Source: Xylographa opegraphella (lineage: Eukaryota). Taken from it: a DNA stretch of 64,000 bases. The notes under the pieces were generated by a model. That model was not told the DNA's origin. It saw nothing but the letters and a program-made list of their open reading frames with translations, and did not search any database. Shown piece by piece: positions 49,691 through 60,781 of the stretch. Position numbers and translations under genes: made by a program. How positions within the stretch are numbered: the stretch's first letter is position 1; every line of letters starts with the position of its first letter. The DNA lies in NCBI GenBank assembly GCA_022813865.1, contig JALDZX010000036.1:1-64000 (forward strand), read 5' to 3'.

Positions 49691-50725
49691 TTCCTTCAGC
49701 GTTTGGAAAAGTGGCGTGCAGAAGGCTGGATGCGGGATATCGAGATTCAGCTTCAAAGTTGATTTTGAAGGAGCCCATCACTATAGAGTACCCTTCCTTC
49801 AACACCCCAGGTCCACGAATGCAAGTTTCAAGTATAAACGGAGGAAATTCACATGATCCCGATGATTTCGAGATTGTTGCGGATGTCAATGTTGAATATA
49901 ATGCATGCATGTAGATAAAGATCCACACCATTGTAATTCGAGACATAGAATACTAGCTAGATAAAGCATTCGAATAGAGAGATTTAGGAGAAACTGCACA
50001 GAGCAGCGGCGCTGTAAAGACAAGAGGCAGGGAGATGGCCAATCATAGTAAACTCGCGTATTGCCTGGCGAGCCTGGCTTCAAAAGCATAGCAAGATCAG
50101 AAATTCCTTGCCCATATGCTAAAGAACACTCCACACGTAAAGGTACTATACATGTGAGATTCTAATGCTGGAAAGCAGCGGGGTGCTTTGGCAGGACAAT
50201 GGCTCACGAAGATGACTGCCATGGTTCTTTTCCTGCATACGGAGTGCACTTGACCTACTGCTGTAGAACAGTACTTACTATCCTATGCTGACTTCTGGTA
50301 AGATTACTCTTATCTCGATCCAAGAGTAATCATGGACCGAGACGAAATCAGGGACCGAGACAGCAGCAACAACAACAACAACACTGTGAGAATGAGACGG
50401 ACTCATTCTCAAAACCCCGAGGTCTCGTCGCAGGAAGTTTCCACGGACATACCACAGGAACCATTAGCCACCCGCTCTCGCCGTTAGGAACTAAGGTAGG
50501 TATAGGACCACCTCCCCCTAGCCGAGCGAATGTGGCCTCCAAAGGATCCTCTCCCCGACCAGCCGCAGTCGGACACGTATACCGTAGTCTACACGAAGTC
50601 TAGATGAATCATCTAACTTCGAAGCTGTCCCAGGAAGATCGCCATGCCACCTGGTGGTGAACTGGAAAAGTAATCGTTCGTTCCGAGCGGCGCCGTTAGG
50701 ATATAAGGTAAGAGGTACCTTGGTG

Positions 50726-51851
50726 ATGGGTCCTTGGCAGCGCTATACCCTCACCAGCCTGCTCTTGGCCGTACTACTGCTATTCACGATCCGAAACGTG
50801 GACTTGTTCCGTGGGAAGCGACGAGGGAGTTTAAGCACTTGGTCGCCCTTGGTGACGACCTCGACGAAGGCTGTCGTGATTGGCAAATTGCAGGCCGAAG
50901 ACACCAGCTGGGTCTCGAGAGATCTCCCCGAGTGGGTAGCTCACCTATCCCGCCAGCGCGCCCGCACAAGAACGCCGATTGCTGATCCGCGTCCTCTACC
51001 TAGTTGGCAGCATGCCGCCTACACGGTCGACAACACGAGTGCGGCGCTGCACACGCCTGCGAACAAGGGCCGAGAGGCGCTCGCGTACCTGACCTATGTG
51101 GTCGAGCACTATGACTCCCTCCCGGACACGGTGCTGTTCCTGCACGCGCATCGGGACGGCGAGTTCAGGGCGTGGCATGTGGATAACGAGGCGCACGATA
51201 ACGTCGAGGCCGTGAGGGCGTTGCGTTTGGAGTATGTGGCCGAAGCGGGTTATGTCAATTTGCGGTGCGGTGTATGTATGAATCGTGGAGCACTACTTCT
51301 GTTGTTGTTCTTTGCTTGCTTCTTCAGCTGGACAATCCAGCTCCCCGACACCATCCCGTAGCGATCCCAGTACTTGAGGCATACCCCGAAACTCCATTCT
51401 CCCACAGAGGAAATGCTAACCGCCCCATCCTCCCCGCCAGCACCTCCCCGGCTGTAACCACGAGGTCCAACCATTCCGGTCGCCCCCGGTCGACGGCCTC
51501 GAAGTCGAGCACGCCATGCACGAGGCGTGGGCGTCCATGTTCCCAGACGTTCCCCTCCCCCGCGAGATCGGTAGTCCCTGCTGCGCGCAGTTCGCCGTCT
51601 CGAAGCGGCAGATACGGGCGCGGCCGCGGGCGGACTACGAGCGCTACCGGGACTGGGTGCTGGAGACCCGTCTCCCGGATCGGACGAGCGGGCGGGTGAT
51701 GGAGTATTTGTGGCATATCATTTTCGGGAAGGGGGCGGTGCAGTAGGTTTTTTTTTCATAGACTTCTGGCTCTTCTGCGTGGGCTGACGAGTGGGTGTCT
51801 AGCTGTCCGGATGTGGAGAGGTGTTATTGTGATGTGTATGGGCATTGTTGA
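50726..51851 (+). CDS. DUF3431 family protein (signal-anchored, putatively glycan-related)
   Basis: Motifs NKGREALAYLTYVVEHYDSLPD, FLHAH, GYVNLRC, SPCCAQFAVS and SGRVMEYLWHIIFG; C-terminus CPDVERCYCDVYGHC*. Three introns. Confidence 0.9.
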
Positions 51852-52277
51852 TGGTGGGTGGATGGTGGTGGGCGGCGACGGAAGAGGTGGTGGTGATGAT
51901 TAAGGAGGGAACACCACTGGGCTTGGATAGCAGAGTGCCGAGCCAAGGCAGAGCGGGGGACGGCAGAGCACCAGACTCGCCACGGCCTGCGTTGGCGGAA
52001 TAGGTATGAAGCATCGCGGTTACACTTTAGGAACACCCATATAAGCAAGGGCATACTCTTTGGTACGTGCCCTGAAATGCTCAATCACAGGCCGATGGTC
52101 AGCGTCGAGATCCCAAAATGACAGCAAGACAAAATAAGCAAGATATTATGTGCCTCCGGATCTAGATACATGAAATCCACTACGCGGATAAAGCTGGTGA
52201 CATGAGAAAGCAATGGGTATCTCATACAGCACAAACGGGCGAGACCAGCAATACGGAAACAGAACCCCCCCGACTCG

Positions 52278-53860
52278 TCACGGTTTGCAAATATTTTCTT
52301 GCGCATAGGCTCGATACCGGTCCAGCACATCGGTCGTCTCCATGCCCTTTTTCCCGTCATGCTCCTGGTGAGAGTCAGTTTTCGAGACGTACAAAACCGG
52401 TGCGGCATGGTCCCAAGAAACGGGGCATGGCGGGAAGGAAATTATTGGAGCGACTTACACTCATGAGCCAATAACCATGATGGACCGCCACTCCGTGACC
52501 ATCGGCAACGACATCTGTCAAAAGGGTTAGACGGCTCAGAAGAATCGCACAAGTATAAGCGCAGGAGTGACTTACGCCTCCCGGTCTGCTTGGAGTAGAT
52601 CTGCGTGATCAGCTCCTCGTCGTCCCTCGGCATGGGCCCCATGGCGATGACGTCGTCGCCCATGATGGCGATGAGGTTGATACTCAGCCGGTCGTAATGG
52701 ATATCCCACATCTCGAATCCGTAGCGCCACAGCTCGTTCTTCTCCAGGTTCTCCAAGAACGAGTAGTGCTGCTGCGCGCCCACAGTCCATTCCTCCCACC
52801 CGATGCCACCCGTGCCGTACTTTATATCCGCGATGGGTGTCTTTTCGATGTCCGCGGCCCCGGGCGCGAGAGGGAGCCATTGGTGGTGGTCGGGGACTTC
52901 GAAGCTCGTCATGTTGAAGTCGGCGGGACCGTCCCAGTACGGGAGCTCCGATGTCCGCCAGGACGTTGTGGGAGTGTAGGACTTGCGATGGGTGAGTTCG
53001 GGGAGGTACGGGTGCAAGGCACCGAGGTGGTAGTGGAGCCAGGTCAGAGCGAACTTTTGACTTGTCAGCGATCGCGATGTTCCAACCAAGCACGGTATGA
53101 CGAGCTTACCTGCACTACAAGATTGGCGGACACTATGATATACTCCGGATGTTCTACTTTCCGCTTGACAATGCTCCGGATTGTGGAGTCCTCAATGTAC
53201 AGCTTGTAAATGTCAGCAGCTTCAGCGAGAGCCGCCCAGAAACCGTGATATGTACCACGTCGTCGTCAATTTTGACGTAAACATTGCCTTTCTCTACCGC
53301 GCTCCACATTTGACTGTAGTCAAAACCTACACCTGCACTGTGGTGGGCGGAATATTTCGGATTGGCGACAAGGAGCTCCTCAAGATATGCAAGATCCTCC
53401 TCATTCTCCGTCCTGACCACGAAAATGTATTCCTCGATAATCCCACCGTTCTCCACCAAGTTTCGCTGCAGAAGCCGTGAGCGCATGGAGGCTCGGAAGC
53501 GCAAGCACAACATACCTGTAAATAGCAATTCAGGATAGAGACGAAACGCCGCCGGCCATAAAACACCAGTCCTATCACCCTCATCCCTGCCGGTGCTTGC
53601 CATCTCTGGATCTCCTCCAGATGCGCGATGTGGCTCTCGAGGGCATGATTGTACGGTAGTGGTTTGGTGAAGTTATGCAGTGGTCTCTCCTGCGACGCGC
53701 TGTACGGCCGAAGCCCAATTCGCATGCCCGGGTTGGAAGAGACGACCAGGTAGACTGTCACTAGGAACCCGACAACGCCTGCGATACGGATCGGCCAAGA
53801 CCAGCTGCGTTTCCCGGTGCGCAACTTCTCCAGGAGACCGTTCGGCGAAGGGAGCGACAT
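52278..53860 (-). CDS. Uncharacterised type II membrane protein with a GT-A-like acidic motif
   Basis: TM anchor, then VIGLVFYGRRRFVSILNCYLQ|RNLVENGG, YVKIDDDVV, AQQHYSFLENLE, RLSINLIAI and DDE; ends DVLDRYRAYAQENICKP*. Multiple introns. Confidence 0.8.
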
Positions 53861-54669
53861 GAAGGGCGACTGGTGTCACAGCTCCGACGCACGGCAATCC
53901 TGGTACGAATGGTCGGGTGTCTTGCTATGTTTGATGAACGCGCTCGTCTTGGAAAGCCATAAAACGACCCTATACCAGCGACGGCAATTGATTGTGGTCC
54001 TCAGGTCTGGGGTAGCACTGAAGAAACCCTCGGCCACCGACCCAACAGGGCTGTGCTTTGTCGGCCGTTCCTTCAGAAGGCTGGCTAATCAGCGAGGAGG
54101 AAAGCGGCCGCTGGCCTAAAGACAGCTTTAGGCTGTATACGAGTAAGCCTTGGCGGGCTTGGAAGACAGGGTCCAGGCGGTCGGCATCCATCGTGACTTC
54201 CATCCTCGCCGAGATGTGCACTGTAACATGGAGCCTGCTCAACGGTGAAGGCAGCAAACGGCTGGCGTGAAGGTCGGGCAGTTTGTAGAGCATGTGAGAG
54301 ATGAGGTCGAAGAAACTGCTTGCAGTGGGGAAAAGACGTCACGGTATGTGACGTTCCCCCACTGGTTTTCAATGCGCAAGGGTCCTGTTTCGTCCCTATT
54401 CCAGGGCATGGGTACGGAGGTAAGTACCCCAACAAAGGTTTATATGGAGGTAGAGCTCCAGAGCACGAAACATGATTCGTCAGGCAACGGCAAACATAAT
54501 AATACAGGCTGCAAGTCTTTTGTTGCATATCATCCAGCTTAAATACTGTTATGCCGAGTCAGTCCTATCAATCACAACCCGGTACCATACAGCTTCTGAG
54601 TTCTTCTCATCCCTCTTGAAGACCTTAACACCTAGAAGATCCCCCAGAATCCCCAGCTCAAACGACGCT

Positions 54670-55066
54670 CTAGCAAGTCGTCCGGAGCTGGAAAGAGCGG
54701 AGGCTCCCATGAGAGCCGCTGCTGACACAGGTGAGCGGGTCAGAGCTGGACACCATCTCCACAAAGCCCCCCGTGCAACCGGTCGCGTTGTATCCGTAGA
54801 CTGTGGGACCGGTCAATACGGAGATTCTACATGACCCATCAACCATCTTGTGACTCACTAGCGGTGGAGCACGACCCATATAGGAGTTGTGTGGACACGC
54901 TTCCGGCGATAGCGTTCACGCAATCCAAGTTCTCGAATAGGCCGATCTCGCCGGCTTGCCCTCCGCATATGTGGTCGGTGTAGGTGAGCAGATAGTTATG
55001 GCTGCCTGCTAAGCAAGTGGAGATGAAGGCAAGAGGAAGAACAACGCGAAGGATCGGAAAATACAT
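54670..55066 (-). CDS. Small secreted cysteine-rich protein (112 aa, effector-like)
   Basis: Exons 55066-54859 and 54800-54670 joined by a 58-nt GTGAGT...ATTGAC...CAG intron, frame preserved. Signal peptide and 6 Cys in the mature part. Confidence 0.8.
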
Positions 55067-56116
55067 CTCGAAAGTGTCGAAATGGGTGTTGAGTATGGCA
55101 GACGATATGAAGAATGCTGAGGTAGAAGGAAAGTATGACTGAAAAGTGGTAGGGACGAACAGAGGGTGGCATCACATCTAGATATAGCTGGACTGCGCCA
55201 AGCTCTTGTGCTAACTATTAAATGCATCACCGTGACCAGTTTAGCATACCCCAGAGAAGCATCGTCAGCGCAGTAGCCCAGAATGCGAATACGAGACTCG
55301 AAACATTGGTTGGCGACACCAGACGAGAAGTACTTCTTCACTCCTCCAGGATTGTGCAGAGGTCTGACAGTAAGACCACAGTCAGGTGAAGAATAGCCAG
55401 TCATCCTATGACAGAACCGTCCGAGGAACGACTGCCTATCCACTGTCACCTCGTGGAGCACCGAGCATACAATCAGCCTCGTAGTTTAGCAACCTCATCA
55501 TGCATGGCCAGGGTCTTATCCATGGCATCAAAAAATCAATCCAATCAATTTTTGCAGCTGTAAATCATCATAAGCGCTGACCACCGCAGCTGTCGTAGCC
55601 CTTCAAGCGCATCTGACAGCTGGTCTGCAGGGCCGTTACATCGATTCGGGTACAATCGTGCACGGAACAAGGTCGTCAAGAAACATCTATCGTGTGACTG
55701 CACAAGGCAAAACAGAGTAATCCTAACCACGACGATGCTACACAATAGAAGAGGGAGTCTAGAAATGGGAGGCAAGAAAAGTTACCCTTCTGTGGACGAC
55801 ATTTCGTTTTTGAAGAACAATTTGTGTGGTATGCAGCTACTCTCGCGAAGTCGATCCCCAAAGAACTGCCGAAACCCAATTTCTTGAGCCTCATATTCTG
55901 ATGTCGTCAGAATGTCCACCACAACACAGCGGGCCTAAGGCGGAGCCCACGGAGCATGGGGCCGACAATTAGACTAGAACATGTTAATTGAGAGACTTTG
56001 GTGCAGAAATTCAGAGTGAGCATGATCGAAGACGCAAGGCATTTGTGTTGAGCTGTATCATTTATTCTATAAGGTACTGTATCTCCCAGTGAAAGAAATA
56101 CCCAAGGACCTAAAAC

Positions 56117-57487
56117 ATGCCGGCGAAGCAATTACAGGTTATAGTGGTGAGTGTTTTTGGTTTCTTAGATGTTAGTCCTTGCTATTATGATCCTTTCGGC
56201 TTCCCCTTTGTACTCCATGTACTTTGCGCATTACGGTCCAAAGCGGCAGAATTCCCAACGATGCCTTCCATATATTAACCACATCTGACCGGCCCCCGCC
56301 CCCAGGTCGGCGGCAGCCTCGGCGGCCTCTTCGCCGGCATCGTGCTCAAACGGCTCGGGCACGCGGTGCGCATCCTCGAGCGCAACCCCACGCCGCTCCT
56401 CCACGACCAAGGCGCCGGCATCGTGGCGGGCGGGGACGCGCAGGCCTTCTTCCGCAAGTACGACCGCACGCACCGCGCCATCGCCGTGCCCAGCCGGTTG
56501 CGCCATTACCTCGACCGGGACGGGAAGCGCATCCACCGCGAGGACACCGCGCAGCAGATGACCAGCTGGGATCTGCTGTATCACTTGCTGCGCGCCAATT
56601 TCGACGGGGTCGCGAGCGAGTATTGTGAGGTGCCGCCGGAGGAGGGCGGGGATGGGAGTGGGAGCTATGAGTATGGCCATGTGGTCAGGGATGTGCGGGA
56701 CGGTGGGAAGGGGAAGGTCGAGGTGGAGTTTGAGGATGCGGAGGGGAACAGGAGCGCGCAGTCGGTGGATCTGCTGATTGGCTCCGATGGCGCGAGCTCC
56801 ACGCTCCGACAGATCTTCCTTCCGGACGTGCAGCGAGAGTACGCGGGCTATGTAGCCTGGCGCGGCACGGTGCCCGAGGGCGAAGTGTCAGCGGCCGCGC
56901 AAGAAGCCTTCGTCGAGAAGTTCGCCTTCTACCACACCGACGGGGTGCAGATCCTGGCATACACCATCCCCGGCAAGAACGGATCGCTGGAGGACGGGCA
57001 GCGCCTGGTGAACTACGTGTGGTACTGCAACTACGCGGCCGACTCGGTGGACTACAACGAGCTGATGACCGACGCCGACGGCCACGGCCACCACACCACG
57101 CTGCCGGCGGGCAAGATGCGGCGTGAGATCTGGGAGCGGCAGAAGGGGTACGCGCGCCGCATCCTGCCGCCGCAGTTCGCGGAGCTGGTCGAGAAGACGC
57201 GGCAGCCGTTCATCCAAGCCGTCACGGACGTGCTGGCGCCGCGGAACTCGTTCTTGGACGGCAAAGTCCTGCTGATCGGGGACGCGGTCGCGGGGTTGCG
57301 GCCGCACACGGCGGCCAGCACGTCGCAGGCGGCGTTCGACGCGCTGATGCTCGATGAGCTGATGCGGGGGGAGATCGATCACGAGCGGTGGCAGGAGAAG
57401 ACGATGGGTTATGCGCGGGAGATGCAGCGGCGAGGGGTCGAGATGGGTCAGCGGAGTCAGTTTGGGCATCATCCGTTGTCGCGGTGA
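56117..57487 (+). CDS. FAD-dependent monooxygenase (2,6-dihydroxypyridine hydroxylase/PhzS-like aromatic hydroxylase)
   Basis: MPAKQLQVIV|VGGSLGGLFAG across intron 56147-56305, then DLLIGSDGASS, YAGYVAWRG and LIGDAVAGLRPHTAASTSQAA. Confidence 0.9.
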
Positions 57488-57574
57488 AGGATTGGTGGTG
57501 GTGGTGGTGATAGTGGATTGGTGTATGAGTACGTGCAGATGTGTGTGGGGAAAAGCTGTTGCAATCGATGAAGG

Positions 57575-57711
57575 ATGATCCGATTAAAACTTGAGAAGCA
57601 TCCATCAGTGGCACAGTTTAAAATGATCCGATTAACTTGAGAAGAATCCATCAGTGGCACGCTTCAGAATGATCCAACTCACTTGACAAGAATCCATCAA
57701 TGTCATGATCC
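57575..57711. repeat. Minisatellite, about 3 copies of a 46-48 bp unit
   Basis: Unit ATGATCCGATTAA(AA)CTTGAGAAG(C/A)ATCCATCAGTGGCAC at 57575 and 57623, with a degenerate copy at 57669. Confidence 0.9.
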
Positions 57712-58250
57712 TCATCCATTCCGAAGTCCAAACCCCAGCGCATGACCATCGTATCGGATCCATCAGCTCCCAGGCTGCGCGCTACCACGGACGACTACCT
57801 ATGCGTCCGCGTTAGACAACGAGCCTATTCGCAGGTGTCCAAGGGGTTCACGACGGGTACTATCGCATGGCCAGACTTTGGTGGAACACTTGGGCGATGA
57901 TGGTACTTCGTACGTCGTCCCTTGTGAACTGCAATTTGTAAGCGGATTCTTTGACTTTCACACACGCGCAGCGAGCAGTCTGGCGGCAACACGAAGAACC
58001 AACAGCAGATGCGAAGCGATGAATGAGTATTATCGTCAATTGTTTTTATCTTCAAGATAGATAGATAGATATATATATATATAGAACCCCCATCACTCGT
58101 AGTCCCTCTTTCTCCCCACGTTACGATAGCGAGCGTGTGCCCAACCGCCGTTTGGCCGCGCCTCAGTTCCCTTAATCCCCGGTAATAAATCTCCCCCGTA
58201 TGAAAGTAAATGTGCCAAAAACTCCGCCCCGTAGATTCCGTGTTGCTCGC

Positions 58251-58928
58251 TCAGCTGTAGAACCAGTACTCGGCTGCGTACTGCACGGTGAAGGCTGCAG
58301 CCATGCCGGAGCAAGTCGCCGGTGGCGTTCCTCCGGCGGTGTTCAGCCGGTAGATCTCCGCGATGTTGCCGATCTGGCCCTCTGTTTCGTGCTCGAGTTT
58401 GAGCCAGGCCACATCGGTGGCAGAAGGGGCAGGCACGCTCGCGATCTTCTTCGAGTGCAAGAAGCCGTAGCTGCCGAGGTCGAAGGTTGGGGTCGTGGCG
58501 TTGGAGAAGTAGTGGTGGCCCACCGGAGTCAGGCTTTGAGGGATGCTGGGGAGGGGAACTTTGAGGGCTGCGGGCGGGATCTCATTGAAGATGGTCGGGT
58601 TGGCGCCGGCAAAGCAAGTCGCGTTGAATAGGGACGCCAGGGCACCGATTGCGACTGGAGTCGAAGCGGCGGTTGAGTCTGCGCACGTGTAGTTTTGAGT
58701 GCCTCGGCCGATGGCGATCATGAAGGGTTTGAGACCTGCCGTTGGCGGTGGTAATGGTGTTGTCGCGGCGGGCTGGACCGGAGTGCCGCAAGACACTGCG
58801 AAGGGAGTTTTGTTGGTTTTCGACACCAGATGCTTAGAGCCGGGGAAGTCGTTGGGCGCCCCGAAATTGATGGGCGATGCAGACACCAAGCAGGTGAACA
58901 GCGAAGCGACTAGAAGAGTGGAACGCAT
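58251..58928 (-). CDS. Secreted DUF3455 family protein
   Basis: Signal peptide, then IAIGRGTQNYTC, GHHYF, PTFDL, DVAWLKL, YRLNTAGGTPPATC and YAAEYWFY. Confidence 0.9.
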   Translation of the reverse strand: MRSTLLVASLFTCLVSASPINFGAPNDFPGSKHLVSKTNKTPFAVSCGTPVQPAATTPLPPPTAGLKPFMIAIGRGTQNYTCADSTAASTPVAIGALASLFNATCFAGANPTIFNEIPPAALKVPLPSIPQSLTPVGHHYFSNATTPTFDLGSYGFLHSKKIASVPAPSATDVAWLKLEHETEGQIGNIAEIYRLNTAGGTPPATCSGMAAAFTVQYAAEYWFYS

Positions 58929-59643
58929 TTTTGCGGAGAGGGATATGTGAGCAGCGACGGCTTTTGGCTGTGGAGAGGTGGTCTGGAAAGTGGTCGGAGG
59001 CGAGGAGGGGGTCAGGGAGGAAGATGGTGGAGGAGGAGAAGGATGGAAGACTGATGGTGGAGGATGGTAAACTGATGGTGGAATGTAGACATGATGCAGG
59101 CCGGAGGTTATATAATCGTCTGCAACAGTTGATGCTTGAGGTTGAATCGTGCAAGCGGTTGCGGGCAGAGTGTAAATCTATTCTGGTGGGCGTCAACTGG
59201 GGGAGGAGGGTTTTGGCGGGACCACGGCTGGGACGATCTAAAAAAAATCTGCTGGAGCTGTCGCGCTAAAGGGAGCCAAGGAAGCTACCATGTAAGAAGG
59301 CGGCATCCGAGGACCGTGATTGGGCAAAGTATTGAAGAACGGGAGCGGCTCAAGAACGTCTCGCGTCTGATTGGCCAAAGCTCCGACACTAGTGCCTTCC
59401 GACGGGCGGCTCGACTGGCCCTCGGCCTAAATGCAAGGACGCGACAAAACGTGGGGCCGCTCCAGAGGCTCCACAGCACCAGGCCATGAGCTCGAGAAGT
59501 CGCGACGTCGCGACGCACGAGGGCAACGCTGCAGAATGCGAGCAAGCAATCAGATGGCGAGAGCTCTTGCACCCATTTTGTGATGACGCGAGGCTTGTTG
59601 TTGCCATACCGATATTCAACTCTTGGGCCGCATCTGCTGGCTC

Positions 59644-59673
59644 CCTGCCACCTGCCACCTGCCACCTGCCACC
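59644..59673. repeat. (CCTGCCA)4 heptanucleotide tandem repeat
   Basis: Direct read: cctgccacctgccacctgccacctgccacc. Confidence 0.9.
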
Positions 59674-60781
59674 CATATACCTTATATAGGTAGGTAAACT
59701 CCATTCTGGCTAAAGGAATTCTGGAAGACCACTACTGCTGACTATTTCTGCTATTTCCAGTTAACAGTGAACATTAGTCGGGACTAATCTGTCCATACTA
59801 CCTTAAGGTACCTATGTAGCCAGACGGCCCAGCCGCCTCGACCGCTAAAGCCTTCCCCATATCCGAATCCTTCGCTGTGAAATTGAACTCCACCTTCGGC
59901 TGGTTTGGCGCCGCGGCCCCGACCTTAGCTCCAACCTCAACCGTAAGGTAACCGAGTCCACTTGCTGTATCGAGGTCGGCGTCTAGCGGCCACCTTTTAG
60001 CTCGTGCGCCCACCCGCTTTCCGGCCGGATCGTCTATTTTTACCAGCCACCGACCGTTATCAGACTGGAGCTGCCTTTCTCAATCGGTGTGGAGAAGGTC
60101 CCAGTAACTGGTCCACGTTGCTCCGTTCTCTTAGCCTCCTCTCTGCAGACTAGGTACCTTAGCTGCCGTGGCCACCGATCTTGATTCTATCCTGATTCCA
60201 GACAAGCTTGACACAAAGCTGGCTGGAACAGGCCAGAAATCCTGCCTTCAAAGCGCCTCGAGTTACGCTAACCACATGTGGGAGGCACGTTAAAGGACCT
60301 TAATTAAGCCAACCAGATGGGTAATGTACGAACCACGGAAGAGAGAAGCCCCCCCATCTCAAAATGGAGATTGCACGGACGGTGCCTTATACTGTTCCTA
60401 CCTACGTGACGACTTTGGGAGCTCTGATGATCATTTAGTGGTGCCATGTCGAAGGACTTTCAGGCTTCTTCCAAGGGGACAAGTCCCCAATACCGATCGC
60501 TATTACGTGCAGCTTTGGGGAGTCCAGGCGAGTATAAACCCCATGTTAGTCAATCTGTGGATGGCGGATGCCCCAATGTCGAATGTGTGGGTATTTTACA
60601 AAGCGCTTTGATTGGCGCTCAAATCCTCGCCTGGCGAATGGTCTAGCCGCCCTTTCCACCCTCAGAGGATACGACGACTTCAAAGTCGGGGTATCATGCG
60701 GCGGCCGCGAAACGGAGAAAAAAATAATATAGTATCAGTCTCTACATGTACGGAGTATCGGTCTCCACAATGAATCTCCCT

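Noticed and set aside
56306..57487. Recent bacterial horizontal transfer of the GC-rich monooxygenase
   Set aside because: The gene has a canonical fungal intron, and similar GC-rich exons occur in native genes here (GNA1, 3' end of choline kinase).
57575..57711. CRISPR-like array
   Set aside because: Eukaryotic context, head-to-tail units without unique spacers, and no cas genes.
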